Below are positions 50,892 through 60,836 of a DNA stretch of 64,000 bases, one piece after another. Under the pieces are notes generated by a model, which was given only the letters and a program-made list of their open reading frames with translations, was not told the DNA's origin and ran no database searches. How positions within the stretch are numbered: position 1 is the first letter of the stretch; each line of letters opens with the position of its first letter. This DNA comes from Spirochaetota bacterium. Its GTDB lineage: Bacteria > Spirochaetota > UBA4802 > UBA5550. A program made the translations under genes and the position numbers. Location of the stretch: contig OY760686.1 of the NCBI GenBank assembly GCA_963663865.1, positions 2,080,001 through 2,144,000 of the forward strand. The letters run 5' to 3'.

Positions 50892-51710
50892 TTGTTAATG
50901 AACGAAGAGCTGAAAAAATATAACGAAACAGACTACACTCTGTTCTGGCAGGACAACCTTCAGCGGCTGGATGAAATATCAGTTTCTACAGGCGCTCTCC
51001 TGGAAGTGCTCGAAAAAGAATACTCGGTTTTTGGAGCAATTTACAGCGATATTGACAGGCAGGTTAAACTACTAAACTCAATCTGCGCCTCATTCAACAA
51101 CATCAGCGGAAGAGAAGAACTTCTTAGACTCTCTGCGGTCATTGAAAGATACCGAAGAAGGTACACGAAAAGCGGTATCGACTTCGAATTAATATACCGT
51201 CTCCTTGACAGAGCTATTGAACTGCGCAACCGGGGATTTACCGATTTTCCATCGACCGTGCATATAAGAGAAACAATTCAAGAGAGACCCGAACGCCGAA
51301 CCGAGAGCAAAAAATACAACTACACCACCTTTAAAAGGAACGGGTCGTGGTTCATAATACCGAAAAGCGTCTCCGGCATTGTCCTGGCCGAAGGATTTCA
51401 GTTTTCGTTCAGCAAAGGCAGCGACACGTCCGGAATTTCCGCGTCCTCCGAATCAGCTTCATATTCGGTAGCGGATTTTTTTTACAATCGCCGCACAGGC
51501 TACACGCCGCCGCGATTCCTTATTTTTTTTGACAATATATTTACCGCGTTTGCTTCGGATGTTGCAGGAAAACGAATATACTCTGACACAGACATTATAC
51601 CATCCCTGCTCAGACCGTACAAAAAATCCGGCGGTTTTAGCTCAACATCAGGAAGGATAAGGCTCTTTGGAAAGCAGCACATCCTGCTCGATAGATTTCT
51701 TCTACGTTAA
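50892..51710 (+). CDS. Hypothetical protein; C-terminus possibly a degenerate CheW-like domain
   Basis: Helical N-half; YTTFKRNGSWFIIP ... GRIRLFGKQHILLD. Confidence 0.55.
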   Translation: MLMNEELKKYNETDYTLFWQDNLQRLDEISVSTGALLEVLEKEYSVFGAIYSDIDRQVKLLNSICASFNNISGREELLRLSAVIERYRRRYTKSGIDFELIYRLLDRAIELRNRGFTDFPSTVHIRETIQERPERRTESKKYNYTTFKRNGSWFIIPKSVSGIVLAEGFQFSFSKGSDTSGISASSESASYSVADFFYNRRTGYTPPRFLIFFDNIFTAFASDVAGKRIYSDTDIIPSLLRPYKKSGGFSSTSGRIRLFGKQHILLDRFLLR

Positions 51711-51720
51711 CCGAATTATT

Positions 51721-51960
51721 CTACTTGTCCTTTTTAAAGAGGTCTGACAGATTACGCAGACTGGCAGGATCAAATTCAGACTTCACGGCCTCGATATTCT
51801 GCCCCTGAATCTCGGCGTAAATCTCCTTTCTGTGAACCGTAACCTTTTTTGGAGCTTTAATTCCCAGCTTGACCTGATCGCCTTTAATATCAATGACAAC
51901 AACCTCGATGTCGTCGCCGATCATTATGCTTTCATTTAATCTTCTTGCAAGTACAAGCAT
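51721..51960 (-). CDS. csrA: Carbon storage regulator CsrA
   Basis: [18 protein letters not shown]...[20 protein letters not shown]. Confidence 0.97.
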   Translation of the reverse strand: MLVLARRLNESIMIGDDIEVVVIDIKGDQVKLGIKAPKKVTVHRKEIYAEIQGQNIEAVKSEFDPASLRNLSDLFKKDK

Positions 51961-51963
51961 CGG

Positions 51964-52425
51964 CTACTCCCCAGCCGAAGCTGATTTTTTCATTTCGTCG
52001 AGTATCCTGTGACGAACGTGATAATCTTCGTTAAGAGATATTGCCTGTCTTCCCAGCCTCTTTGCGGCGTTTATTATTACGGGCCCCTGTAGATTGGCTG
52101 TCATCTCTGAAGGATCAGGAGGTATAGTAACAATGGCAAATACAAGCAGTTCTTTCCTGTCTTCCGCGCCAACAGCTTCAAAATCGTTTTGAGACACCTT
52201 CAGACTGAAATCCTTCATGAAGTCCTCAGGCCTGATGACGACAAAAGCGAGCGAGGGCTCACTTACAGCCTGAAGCCACTTAAACGGCGATTTATCATCG
52301 CCCGCGTCAAGTAGAGCGAATCTCTTCACGTAGTCAAAACCGAGGAGCCCTTCCGGAAAATCAATAATCTGCCGTTCATCGATCTCAATCTCTCCGAAGG
52401 GTCTTGAATTAATAGTCTGCTTCAA
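51964..52425 (-). CDS. fliW: Flagellar assembly factor FliW
   Basis: FPEGLLGF, FKWLQAV, TANLQGPVIIN; adjacent to csrA. Confidence 0.95.
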   Translation of the reverse strand: MKQTINSRPFGEIEIDERQIIDFPEGLLGFDYVKRFALLDAGDDKSPFKWLQAVSEPSLAFVVIRPEDFMKDFSLKVSQNDFEAVGAEDRKELLVFAIVTIPPDPSEMTANLQGPVIINAAKRLGRQAISLNEDYHVRHRILDEMKKSASAGE

Positions 52426-52444
52426 ATCTCGCTCCTTATCCTTT

Positions 52445-53707
52445 CTATCTCAGAAAATCCATTAATGTTGGTCTTATTGTTTTTGCTCCAACTGAAAGCG
52501 CATACTGATGCACAGTCTGAAGCCACTGAAAATTCATTATTGACTCCGCGTAATCAATTCCCTCTGTCTTTGAGACCATGTCGAGAACGTATCCTTTCTC
52601 ATATTCACTTCTTCTTGAGAGCTCGTCCGCTCTTGACTGTTTTGCACCGACCGCGGCCGTATGCCTCAGTATGTTATCGAGTGCAAGGTCTATTAGACCA
52701 AGATCCCTACCGCCTACGAGCTCCTGATCTCCTCTGACCAGGTCATCCCTCAGTGTAATCACGGCTTCAAAAATTGACATGCCTCCCACGCTTGCGGTTG
52801 CGTCAAAATTGTTGGGAGGGTTGGGAAACTCTGTGCTTATAATTCCAAGACTCTGAAGCACGGTACCCGCTCCAACATCCTCCAACCATAGCTGATGAGG
52901 AGAAGTAGATTCCATTATCAGATTGTTCAACCCGCCTCTGGAGGCCCTGACGCTTGCACCGGAATTGTTGATCTTATCTATTATAATATCCAGATTGTCG
53001 CCTGCCGTAACAGAAATCTCCTTCCCGTCTATCCGTATTGTCTGATTGGACGGAGCTGAATACGCAGATGAATCTCTATTCGCGCTGATTGTCTGATTTG
53101 TAGCCCAGAATATCTCGTTTCCTGGAATATTAACATCCAGATATTCTCCCTTGGCAACCTCACGCATCTGCCTTCCGGTGTTCCCTCTGTACTCAACACC
53201 GATCATCGCATCTCCCTGATTTCCTGCCGTTAAAGTCTGATATATCGGCACAAAAGGATCGGGAATCTCCTCTGTACCGCGTTGAAAGCCTCCGAATATC
53301 GGCCTGCCTGTGGCACCCTTCGTGTTCGCTATAGCCACAAGTTCCTTCAGGAGCTGATTTATCTCGGTTGCGGCGGCCTCTTTCGTCTCAAAGTTGGAGT
53401 ATATCCCGTTTGCGCCTTGAACCGCGAGGGTCCTTATCCTCTGGAATAGCCTTAATGTTGACTGCACAGCTGTATCAGTTTCGTTTAGCCTGGATTTTGC
53501 CTCATCAATATTGCTTATGTACTGTCCAATCTCCGTGAGCCTGCTGTTATAGATCATCTGATTCGTGGCGGCTATCGGATTATCCCTCGGCATTGTCACA
53601 CTTTTGCCGGTCGCGAGCGAGTTCTGCAGCCTGTCCATCTCGCCCTGCTGTCTGGTCAAATTGTACATCATTGTATTGTTAAGCATCTGATTCGTTACGC
53701 GGTTCAT
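52445..53707 (-). CDS. flgL: Flagellar hook-associated protein 3
   Basis: RVTNQM, LATGK..PRDNP, AVQGANGIY, C-terminal PTLMDFLR. Confidence 0.93.
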   Translation of the reverse strand: MNRVTNQMLNNTMMYNLTRQQGEMDRLQNSLATGKSVTMPRDNPIAATNQMIYNSRLTEIGQYISNIDEAKSRLNETDTAVQSTLRLFQRIRTLAVQGANGIYSNFETKEAAATEINQLLKELVAIANTKGATGRPIFGGFQRGTEEIPDPFVPIYQTLTAGNQGDAMIGVEYRGNTGRQMREVAKGEYLDVNIPGNEIFWATNQTISANRDSSAYSAPSNQTIRIDGKEISVTAGDNLDIIIDKINNSGASVRASRGGLNNLIMESTSPHQLWLEDVGAGTVLQSLGIISTEFPNPPNNFDATASVGGMSIFEAVITLRDDLVRGDQELVGGRDLGLIDLALDNILRHTAAVGAKQSRADELSRRSEYEKGYVLDMVSKTEGIDYAESIMNFQWLQTVHQYALSVGAKTIRPTLMDFLR

Positions 53708-53708
53708 A

Positions 53709-55613
53709 TCAGACTCCCATTCTAATTATTGTCTCAAGCATCTTATCCATTGTATCAATCACCCTTGCGGCAGCATTGTATCCGTGCTGAAACGCCACCA
53801 TGTTGGCCATCTCCTCGTCGAGATTTACGCCGGAAACGGATTCCCGCATATTTGTCAGATTTTTAAGGAGGGTATTCTGGTTTTCAACCCTGTCCTTTGC
53901 CTCTTCGCCCTGTGTACCAAGCTTTGCCACAAGTGATACGTAGAAATCATTAAATGTTGTTTTCCTGTCGACCATGCCGTTTTTATGCCTGATAGCGGCG
54001 ATTTCCAGAGCGTTGTTTCCGTCTCCGATTCCGTTAGTCGTATTATAATCGCCCGTTCCGCCAATATCGTTTCCTTTCGCTGCAGCTATCATATCTACAT
54101 CGTACATAACGCTGTCAGAAACAGCCATATTCGCCGCCGGATTCCCTTTCGGAGTAATTGTTATATGCTCTCCCGGGGCAAGAAACTTTGAAATATCATT
54201 GAGCCTTCTATAGTCAAATGCACCCTCAGCGCCGGACTGCTTCAGGACGCCTGTAAGTCCAACAAGAAACTGTCCCGAATCCTCTAAACGTCTCATGATG
54301 AAGTTTTTTCTGTCATCGTCTTCAGCAGTAGTTGCCTTCAGCGCGATATGGCTATTGTGGTCCAGATAGGCTACAACACCGGCGCCGGAATCATTTATCT
54401 TTCGTATAACAGAGTTAACGGTGTCGTTCTGATTGTAATCCACAAACACTGGAGTCTCAACTTCATTGTTTCTTGAAAATGTCAGAGTTCCTGTGACTCC
54501 TATTGCGGCTGAAGCATCTATTCGATTGCTGCCGGACACCTTAAATACCGCTGTAATCTCTTCAACTCCGTCATTATTGAGGTCATAGTTCCCTACCGGA
54601 CTGTCGCTTGCAGTCAGATGCCTAAAAAAGTCAACATTCGTATCACCACGCCTTCCAAATCCGTCCCTGTGAACTTCGTTTGTCATGTCGGTTATATTTA
54701 CAGCAAATGAGTCAATATCATTCATGTTCTGTCGGAGAATCACATCGCGCACCTCTATAAGGCCTGCAAGGCTTCCCCCGCTTACTTCTACATTTGTACC
54801 GGTGCCTGCCCATTTAACCCCGAAGAACCCTCTGTTGGACGTGTCCTTAACAGCCTCAAGCGGCCTTAAAACCGGCCCCTGTATCATGGTCTCTCCGCCG
54901 ACATAGACCATCAGCTCATCCTTATCGCTTCTACCGACGCTGATGTTTATTTTTTCCGACAGTTTTTCTACAAGTGCGTCACGCCTGTCTTTCAGGTCGT
55001 TGGGATTATCTCCAAGCGCTTCAGCCTTCATTATTCGTTCATTCAAATCACGAATATCACGCGCGAACATGTTGATCTGCTCAACCTCGTGGAACACCTG
55101 TCTGTTCGCGTTTTCTCTTATATCTGAAAGCTGCCTGAAAACTGCGTTAACCTCATTTGAAAGGTTCACTGCTTTCTGCTTAACGACTTCACGGCCTGAG
55201 CGCTCTTCCGGATTTTTAGATAGCTCCTGCCAGGCCGCCCACAGCTGATCGAGCCTGCTTCGTATTGACTGATCTGACGGCTCGTTATATACCGCCTCAA
55301 TCTGATAAATAAAGCTGTCCTTTGTGTTCCAGTAACCAAGCGAGTTCTTTTCAACCATTATACGGTCATCTATGAACGCGTCTCTGATTCTCTCAACTGA
55401 TGATACGACTGAACCCTGCCCTATGTTTCCCGGACTATTCGCCCGGTTCAGCGAAGGTACGTAGAGCGGATCAGCTGAACTTATAACAACGCGCTGCCGC
55501 GAGTAGTCCTTATTTTCCGCATTAGATATATTATGGCCGGTTGTATGAAGCGCCTGCTGATGACTCATCAGTCCTCGCTTTCCGATTTCCATGCCCATGA
55601 ATGTTGAATTCAT
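53709..55613 (-). CDS. flgK: Flagellar hook-associated protein 1
   Basis: STFMGMEIGKRGL, GHNISNA...YSRQRV, NDLKDRRD, SGVNLDEEMANM. Confidence 0.96.
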   Translation of the reverse strand: MNSTFMGMEIGKRGLMSHQQALHTTGHNISNAENKDYSRQRVVISSADPLYVPSLNRANSPGNIGQGSVVSSVERIRDAFIDDRIMVEKNSLGYWNTKDSFIYQIEAVYNEPSDQSIRSRLDQLWAAWQELSKNPEERSGREVVKQKAVNLSNEVNAVFRQLSDIRENANRQVFHEVEQINMFARDIRDLNERIMKAEALGDNPNDLKDRRDALVEKLSEKINISVGRSDKDELMVYVGGETMIQGPVLRPLEAVKDTSNRGFFGVKWAGTGTNVEVSGGSLAGLIEVRDVILRQNMNDIDSFAVNITDMTNEVHRDGFGRRGDTNVDFFRHLTASDSPVGNYDLNNDGVEEITAVFKVSGSNRIDASAAIGVTGTLTFSRNNEVETPVFVDYNQNDTVNSVIRKINDSGAGVVAYLDHNSHIALKATTAEDDDRKNFIMRRLEDSGQFLVGLTGVLKQSGAEGAFDYRRLNDISKFLAPGEHITITPKGNPAANMAVSDSVMYDVDMIAAAKGNDIGGTGDYNTTNGIGDGNNALEIAAIRHKNGMVDRKTTFNDFYVSLVAKLGTQGEEAKDRVENQNTLLKNLTNMRESVSGVNLDEEMANMVAFQHGYNAAARVIDTMDKMLETIIRMGV

Positions 55614-55622
55614 TGAAATCTC

Positions 55623-56126
55623 CTATGCCGTCTGGTTAAATAGTATTGATCCGGATACCGCGCTATTTTCCTTTCCCTTGCTGTCATACCCCGATTGTAT
55701 TGATGTACTGTTTTTCAGTCCATCAATCATAATGTTGAAATACTCAAGGTTGTCAGAGATCAGTTTTGAGTTAGCATTCTTGAGCCTCTCTAGTTTTACC
55801 AGCAGCTGTTTCAGACGCCTTCCTGTCTCATGAAGGGTTTCAGCATCTTCTCCAGTAGTTCTGGCCAGTATGTCAGAAAAAACAACATCTTCGCCGCAGG
55901 GGAACATGGTAAAATGTTTTTCAACAAGTTCGCTTCTCTCTATTTCAAGCCGGCTTATCATTTCAAGAATTCTCTCCTGCTCAATGGACAGACGTTCGAG
56001 CTCTCTCCCGTCGCGCGACGTTACAGCTTCAGTCTTTTCCTGCTCAAGGCAGTAAAGGCTTGAATAGAGTTTTATATCCTCGGAAAAAATCCTGTTAAGC
56101 TCTCTGGCTGGAGTTAATGTCCGCAT
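55623..56126 (-). CDS. flgN: Flagellar export chaperone FlgN
   Basis: Helical; LE.ER, N..LI, Y...G; first gene before flgK. Confidence 0.8.
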   Translation of the reverse strand: MRTLTPARELNRIFSEDIKLYSSLYCLEQEKTEAVTSRDGRELERLSIEQERILEMISRLEIERSELVEKHFTMFPCGEDVVFSDILARTTGEDAETLHETGRRLKQLLVKLERLKNANSKLISDNLEYFNIMIDGLKNSTSIQSGYDSKGKENSAVSGSILFNQTA

Positions 56127-56163
56127 ATTATGCCTCCTGTAAAGATTGGGCTACACCCTTCAC

Positions 56164-56190
56164 GTATCGGCATTTCACGGCATGCGATTA
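56164..56190 (-). promoter_or_regulatory. Sigma-28 (FliA) promoter of the flgN operon
   Basis: Minus strand TAAT-N15-GCCGATAC, 38 nt upstream of flgN. Confidence 0.75.
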
Positions 56191-56289
56191 GTACTTTTCT
56201 TTGATTATGTCTTATTTAATTTCGGGAATGGATGGACTTTTGCTGGAAAACACAGCGAGCGTTGATAATAAAAGAAAGCGGAATCCGGC

Positions 56290-56985
56290 CTAACTGCCGG
56301 ATTCGCTGATCTGACCGTCAATAATACTGACTGTTTTGCCGGTCATTGACGCAAGCTCCATATCATGGGTGACAATTACAACAGTAAGCCCGTATTCCCT
56401 GCCCATCTCGAGCAAAATACCGGCAAGGTTTTTGGAATTGCTGCTGTCGAGGTTGCCTGTAGGCTCATCCGCCATTATAATATCCGGCCTGCCGATTATC
56501 GCCCTTACCACAGCGGCGCGCTGGCACTCACCGCCTGACATTTCCGAAGGTTTATGATCAGCTCTGGAGGAAAGCCCAAAGCGATCCAGCATCTCTGAAG
56601 CAGCCTTCTTTGCTCTGGACCACTTTTCTCTTCTTATCAAAAGAGGAAGCATGCAGTTCTCAAGAGCGGTAAACTCGGGCAAAAGATTATGGGTCTGAAA
56701 CACGAAGCCGACATGCCTGTTTCGGAAGCCTGAAAGATCCTCAACAGAAAGGCTGCTTACATCCTTCCCCATTACCTCAAGACGGCCGCTTTCGAATGAA
56801 TCAATACATCCAAAAAGATTAAGAAGGGTCGACTTGCCCGCTCCCGACGGACCGACAATCGAAACCGATTCGCCCCTCATTATCTCCATTGATATTCCGC
56901 GGAGAACCCTTATAGTATTATTTCCGTATCCGTAATACTTCTCTATGTTTTCAGCTGAAATTACCGCTTCGCTGTTCTGACTCAT
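56290..56985 (-). CDS. lolD: Lipoprotein-releasing ABC ATPase LolD
   Basis: GPSGAGKST, GFVFQTHNLLPEFTALEN, MSGGECQR, ADEPTGNLD, VTHD; follows lolC/E. Confidence 0.88.
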   Translation of the reverse strand: MSQNSEAVISAENIEKYYGYGNNTIRVLRGISMEIMRGESVSIVGPSGAGKSTLLNLFGCIDSFESGRLEVMGKDVSSLSVEDLSGFRNRHVGFVFQTHNLLPEFTALENCMLPLLIRREKWSRAKKAASEMLDRFGLSSRADHKPSEMSGGECQRAAVVRAIIGRPDIIMADEPTGNLDSSNSKNLAGILLEMGREYGLTVVIVTHDMELASMTGKTVSIIDGQISESGS

Positions 56986-56994
56986 TAAACCCTC

Positions 56995-58299
56995 TCACTC
57001 ATACCTTATTGTCTCCACCGGATTCTGCCTTGATGCCTGCCATGCCGGAAAAATTGCCGCGACGGTGGAAAGAAATACGGCAAATATCGCGATAAACACC
57101 ACAAATTCAGGGCTAACCTCTGTCGGAATTGAATCAATATAATATACGTGAGTAGGAACAATACTGATCTTGTAAAATATTCCCATATCAAAGAATTCGT
57201 ATATTCTCGCCCCCAATATATTGACCCACTTCTCTACACATATTATTATTGCCTCAAGATTTAAGGAAGCAGCCAATCCAGCCACCACACCGGAAATCGC
57301 GCCGAACAGGCCGATTAGAAATCCTTCAAGTACAAATATCACCATAATCGACGAAGGCCTGGCTCCCATTGACTTGAGTATTCCAACCGCTTTTTTCTTT
57401 TCCATAACTACCATCACCAGGGTTCCCATTATGGTGAAACCTGCTGAAACTATAACAAGAAACAGTATAATTGTCATTATCAGCTTTTCGAGTTTAAGTG
57501 CGTAAAAAAGGTTCTGGTTCTTTTCTTCCGCGGTCATCGTTACGTAGTCATAGCCCGCGGCCTTGCTCACAGCCTCATTTGTCCGCTCAAGCCCGGAATA
57601 GACGTCCTTTACCTTAACTGCTATTCCCCATGCCACATCACCCACCTGGAACAGCTTCTGAGCATGCGGAAAGGACATGAGTATCAGCTTTGTGTCAAAG
57701 TCATAATACCCTGTCTTAAAGAAACCGAGCACCCTGTATTTGCCAAGTCCCGGAGTTACCCCCTCCGTAGCGGTCAGCCTTCCGCGTGGAACAATTACTT
57801 CAATGTATTCATTTTGCTTTATACCGTTAGTTATCGCCATCTCGGCGCCTATGTAGACCCCGCGTTCCTTTGTATACTTATCCTTTCCCTCTGTTATAAA
57901 TTTGCTTACATCCTCGGGAATGAAATCAGGCGTTCCGGCTCCACGTATCATCACATAGTTAATATTGGTTCTGTGCCTCAAAAGGCCCTGCCCCTGAATA
58001 AATGGATAGGCCGAGCTGACGCCGTCAACGCCGGAGATCTTCTGAGAAAGCTTTCTGTAATCCCTGATAGCACCACCCTGAGTACCATAAAGTGCATTAA
58101 CGGTGATATGTGAATCAATGTCGAGAATCTTGTTCTTGATCTGTGATTGAAAACCGTTCATCACGGAAATGACCACAATAAGAATAAAAACACCCAGTGA
58201 TACGACAAGTATTGACAGCAGGGTGTTAAAGGAGATGAACCCCTGCATTTTTTTTGATTTTAGATATCTGAATCCTATAAAAAGCTCAAAAAGTTTCAT
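56995..58299 (-). CDS. lolE: Lipoprotein-releasing permease LolC/E
   Basis: IGFRYL, SVMNGF, GYYDFD, LKSMGA, YYIDSIP, PAWQAS...PVETIRYE. Confidence 0.9.
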   Translation of the reverse strand: MKLFELFIGFRYLKSKKMQGFISFNTLLSILVVSLGVFILIVVISVMNGFQSQIKNKILDIDSHITVNALYGTQGGAIRDYRKLSQKISGVDGVSSAYPFIQGQGLLRHRTNINYVMIRGAGTPDFIPEDVSKFITEGKDKYTKERGVYIGAEMAITNGIKQNEYIEVIVPRGRLTATEGVTPGLGKYRVLGFFKTGYYDFDTKLILMSFPHAQKLFQVGDVAWGIAVKVKDVYSGLERTNEAVSKAAGYDYVTMTAEEKNQNLFYALKLEKLIMTIILFLVIVSAGFTIMGTLVMVVMEKKKAVGILKSMGARPSSIMVIFVLEGFLIGLFGAISGVVAGLAASLNLEAIIICVEKWVNILGARIYEFFDMGIFYKISIVPTHVYYIDSIPTEVSPEFVVFIAIFAVFLSTVAAIFPAWQASRQNPVETIRYE

Positions 58300-58313
58300 T
58301 ATTTCCGCCCGGA

Positions 58314-58754
58314 TTAAATATTGACCTCGGTTAAAGTCCTGTTGAACATAAGCCACCCCTCTGAAGAGCGCTTCTCGGAATACTTTATCATTGAAACCGA
58401 GCCGTTCATTTTTCTGACCCGCTTTCCAGTTTTACGTGACACAACATAGCACTCAAAGCTGACTTCTCTGCTCCGGAAAAGATTTCCTTCGTGATCCTTT
58501 TGCTGCTCTCCGCTGTCTTTCCGCTCTGATTCAATGACAGTTAAATCATCGTAGTAAAAATCCCGGTAAATCTCAGCAAATACAGCAGCCTGCTTAGGAA
58601 AAGCCTCGCATGAGCGGTAAAGCGAATGGTTGAGCTGCTTTATCGCCAGGGCCCATTTTGCAAGAACCCTTGAAGGCTCTTCAAATTCGGGAGGTTCCTT
58701 GCACGAGAGCAATAAAGGCATGACCATTAAAGCCAGTATAATGATTTTTTTCAT
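58314..58754 (-). CDS. Putative lipoprotein
   Basis: MKKIIILALMVMPLLLSC lipobox at the corrected start. Confidence 0.7.
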   Translation of the reverse strand: MKKIIILALMVMPLLLSCKEPPEFEEPSRVLAKWALAIKQLNHSLYRSCEAFPKQAAVFAEIYRDFYYDDLTVIESERKDSGEQQKDHEGNLFRSREVSFECYVVSRKTGKRVRKMNGSVSMIKYSEKRSSEGWLMFNRTLTEVNI

Positions 58755-58809
58755 TCGCTTCCTGCCAATTCTCTTGTGATAATATATAAACAAAACAATT
58801 CTGAACAGC

Positions 58810-59364
58810 TCAAGCCTTATCCCCGAAGACGATCGCGGTAAACTTTTTAATTGACGTCCCTTCACTCTTCCAGGCATCCCCCGGCAGTCCGGCCTTCAGA
58901 CAAGTGTGGTACAGAAACTGCTCCCTGTTCCAGCCGTACTCAACGGCAACCTGCGGCAGAAGAAGACCCTGTGAAAACTCCCTTGAAATAATGAGACCGT
59001 CCCTTCCCACTACAACATCCTCAATGCTTGAGACATCTTCCAGAGGAGTCAGCACCGAAATCTCAATGTCAATGCCCGGATATTCATCTTTACGCAGAGG
59101 CTGAAACCTTGGGTCCCTGAAGGCTGCCGCAATTGCCATTTCCTCTACGGTTTCCGCAAGACCTCTGACTCCTGTAATATATCCGATACAGCCTCTCAGA
59201 TTTTCGTCCAGATGAATCGTGACAAATGCTCCGCACTTCTTCTGAAAAACATCGTCACTCAGGTCAGGCTTCAAAGATGGCCCTTCAACGCCAAGCCTCT
59301 GAGCTATGACCGCCCTCGCGAGCACGCAGAGCGATTCCTTCTGCTGCAATGTAAGTTCCAGCAT
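58810..59364 (-). CDS. amrA: AMMECR1 / AmmeMemoRadiSam system protein A
   Basis: GAFVT...LRGCIG, AAAFRDPRF, IEISVLTP, GLLLPQV, CLKAG. Confidence 0.93.
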   Translation of the reverse strand: MLELTLQQKESLCVLARAVIAQRLGVEGPSLKPDLSDDVFQKKCGAFVTIHLDENLRGCIGYITGVRGLAETVEEMAIAAAFRDPRFQPLRKDEYPGIDIEISVLTPLEDVSSIEDVVVGRDGLIISREFSQGLLLPQVAVEYGWNREQFLYHTCLKAGLPGDAWKSEGTSIKKFTAIVFGDKA

Positions 59365-59575
59365 TTCTCCCCCCAATTCAAACGCAGCGGCCGGGGTAAG
59401 GCGCACCAGTCAACGCGTTTTGTGGCGAACAGAATTCAATCCAGATAAACCTCTCACTCAGTCCGCTGTTGTCAACCGAAAAGACGTCAGCAATTCAAAA
59501 ATGGAAAGCATCTTTCTATTGTGGGGGGATATCGGCCTCTACCACTCAGGTCAGAGGCCGAGTAATGCGGAACTC

Positions 59576-60805
59576 TCAGTAGAAAGAGATGGTAGCAAGC
59601 GCACCTGCGTACAGGTCGGAGCCCTCCTTGCTGCCGCTGAAATCCTTCATATAATCGCGGTAAGCTATTGAAGGAGTAAGGGCTATCAGGCCTCCAATGT
59701 TGAACTTGGCGTTTATATAGTACTCGATGGCATAGTCCCTATCGGTTCCCTCCATGGGATAATCAGTCATAGAAAATCCGCAGCCGGCAAACAGTGTAGT
59801 CTTCTCAAGCAGAGGCAGAACATATCCGACTTCCGCGTAGGATTGGACATTCCAGGTATCCTTTATCTCGTATTCACCGGTAGCGTCGTTTCTAATCGCA
59901 GCCGCAGCACCTCCGCGGTAGTTGCTGTTGCCCTGTGTCTGAACCTTTAGTCCATAGTTCGCGGGATTAACCGAAAAGCCGCCGCTGAAGTTAAATAGAA
60001 AATCCTCTGCCTGCAGCTCAGCGTAAGCGTAAGTGATATAGGATATTATCCAGTCTTTATCGTACCTTACATCTCCGGTGTTTGTAATCTTGTATGCGTT
60101 GAAAGCCGCGCCTATACCCAGAACATTCTCCTTCGCCTTGAACTCATAGCCCAGAGCTGTTTTCGGCAGGAGCGATTTTATCTTTGACTCCTCCTGTCCA
60201 GTCGTTATTTCCCTCTTGACCTCAATGAGATTGTACTCATCGTAAGCCGGGTCACCTGACGAAGTAGGATTTGACGCAATAGTGTCGTCGTAGGTAGTCA
60301 TTGTGGAAACATTGGGCTGAATAATGTCTATATAAAGACCAATATCTGACGAGAGTTTCAATTGAGTCGCAAGGCTGTCATACATAGCGCCAAAGCCCTC
60401 GGATCTGTGATAGTTCGCCGCTTCATGCGACCACCTTGTATAAGGCGTCCAGTCCTGTCCGATCATAAGTTCGCCGCCGCCGAATTTATAGACACCGAAT
60501 GCCTTTCTGACAATCACCCTGCTCTCATCCTCTGAGTCGCTTACTCCAAGTTCAAATACTCCGTGATACTTCGAGTAGTTAAAGTTGAACCCGATATTGC
60601 TGTTTTCATTAATCCGGTAAATCGTGTCCTTCCCGGTCTCCTTTGTCCCGGCGGCATCGAATTCCTCAGACTGTTGATATCCGAAAAAAACAAAAAGATT
60701 GCCGTAGGGTTTAATTGAGTTTCCCGACTGCGCTGACGCACTGCCCGCCGCGGCAAAAGCTGCTGCAGCGGCAATAAAAACCTTTAACTTGCTCTTGAAT
60801 TTCAT
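59576..60805 (-). CDS. Outer-membrane porin-like beta-barrel protein
   Basis: Signal peptide (ASA-Q), SNIGFNF, ELG, RKAFGVYKFGGGELMIGQDW, C-terminal ATISFY. Confidence 0.7.
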   Translation of the reverse strand: MKFKSKLKVFIAAAAAFAAAGSASAQSGNSIKPYGNLFVFFGYQQSEEFDAAGTKETGKDTIYRINENSNIGFNFNYSKYHGVFELGVSDSEDESRVIVRKAFGVYKFGGGELMIGQDWTPYTRWSHEAANYHRSEGFGAMYDSLATQLKLSSDIGLYIDIIQPNVSTMTTYDDTIASNPTSSGDPAYDEYNLIEVKREITTGQEESKIKSLLPKTALGYEFKAKENVLGIGAAFNAYKITNTGDVRYDKDWIISYITYAYAELQAEDFLFNFSGGFSVNPANYGLKVQTQGNSNYRGGAAAAIRNDATGEYEIKDTWNVQSYAEVGYVLPLLEKTTLFAGCGFSMTDYPMEGTDRDYAIEYYINAKFNIGGLIALTPSIAYRDYMKDFSGSKEGSDLYAGALATISFY

Positions 60806-60836
60806 GGAGTGTCTCCTGTTAGTTCATTAATATGCT

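Noticed and set aside
51721-56126. csrA-fliW within the flgKL operon
   Set aside because: Known arrangement (flagellin-FliW-CsrA partner switching).
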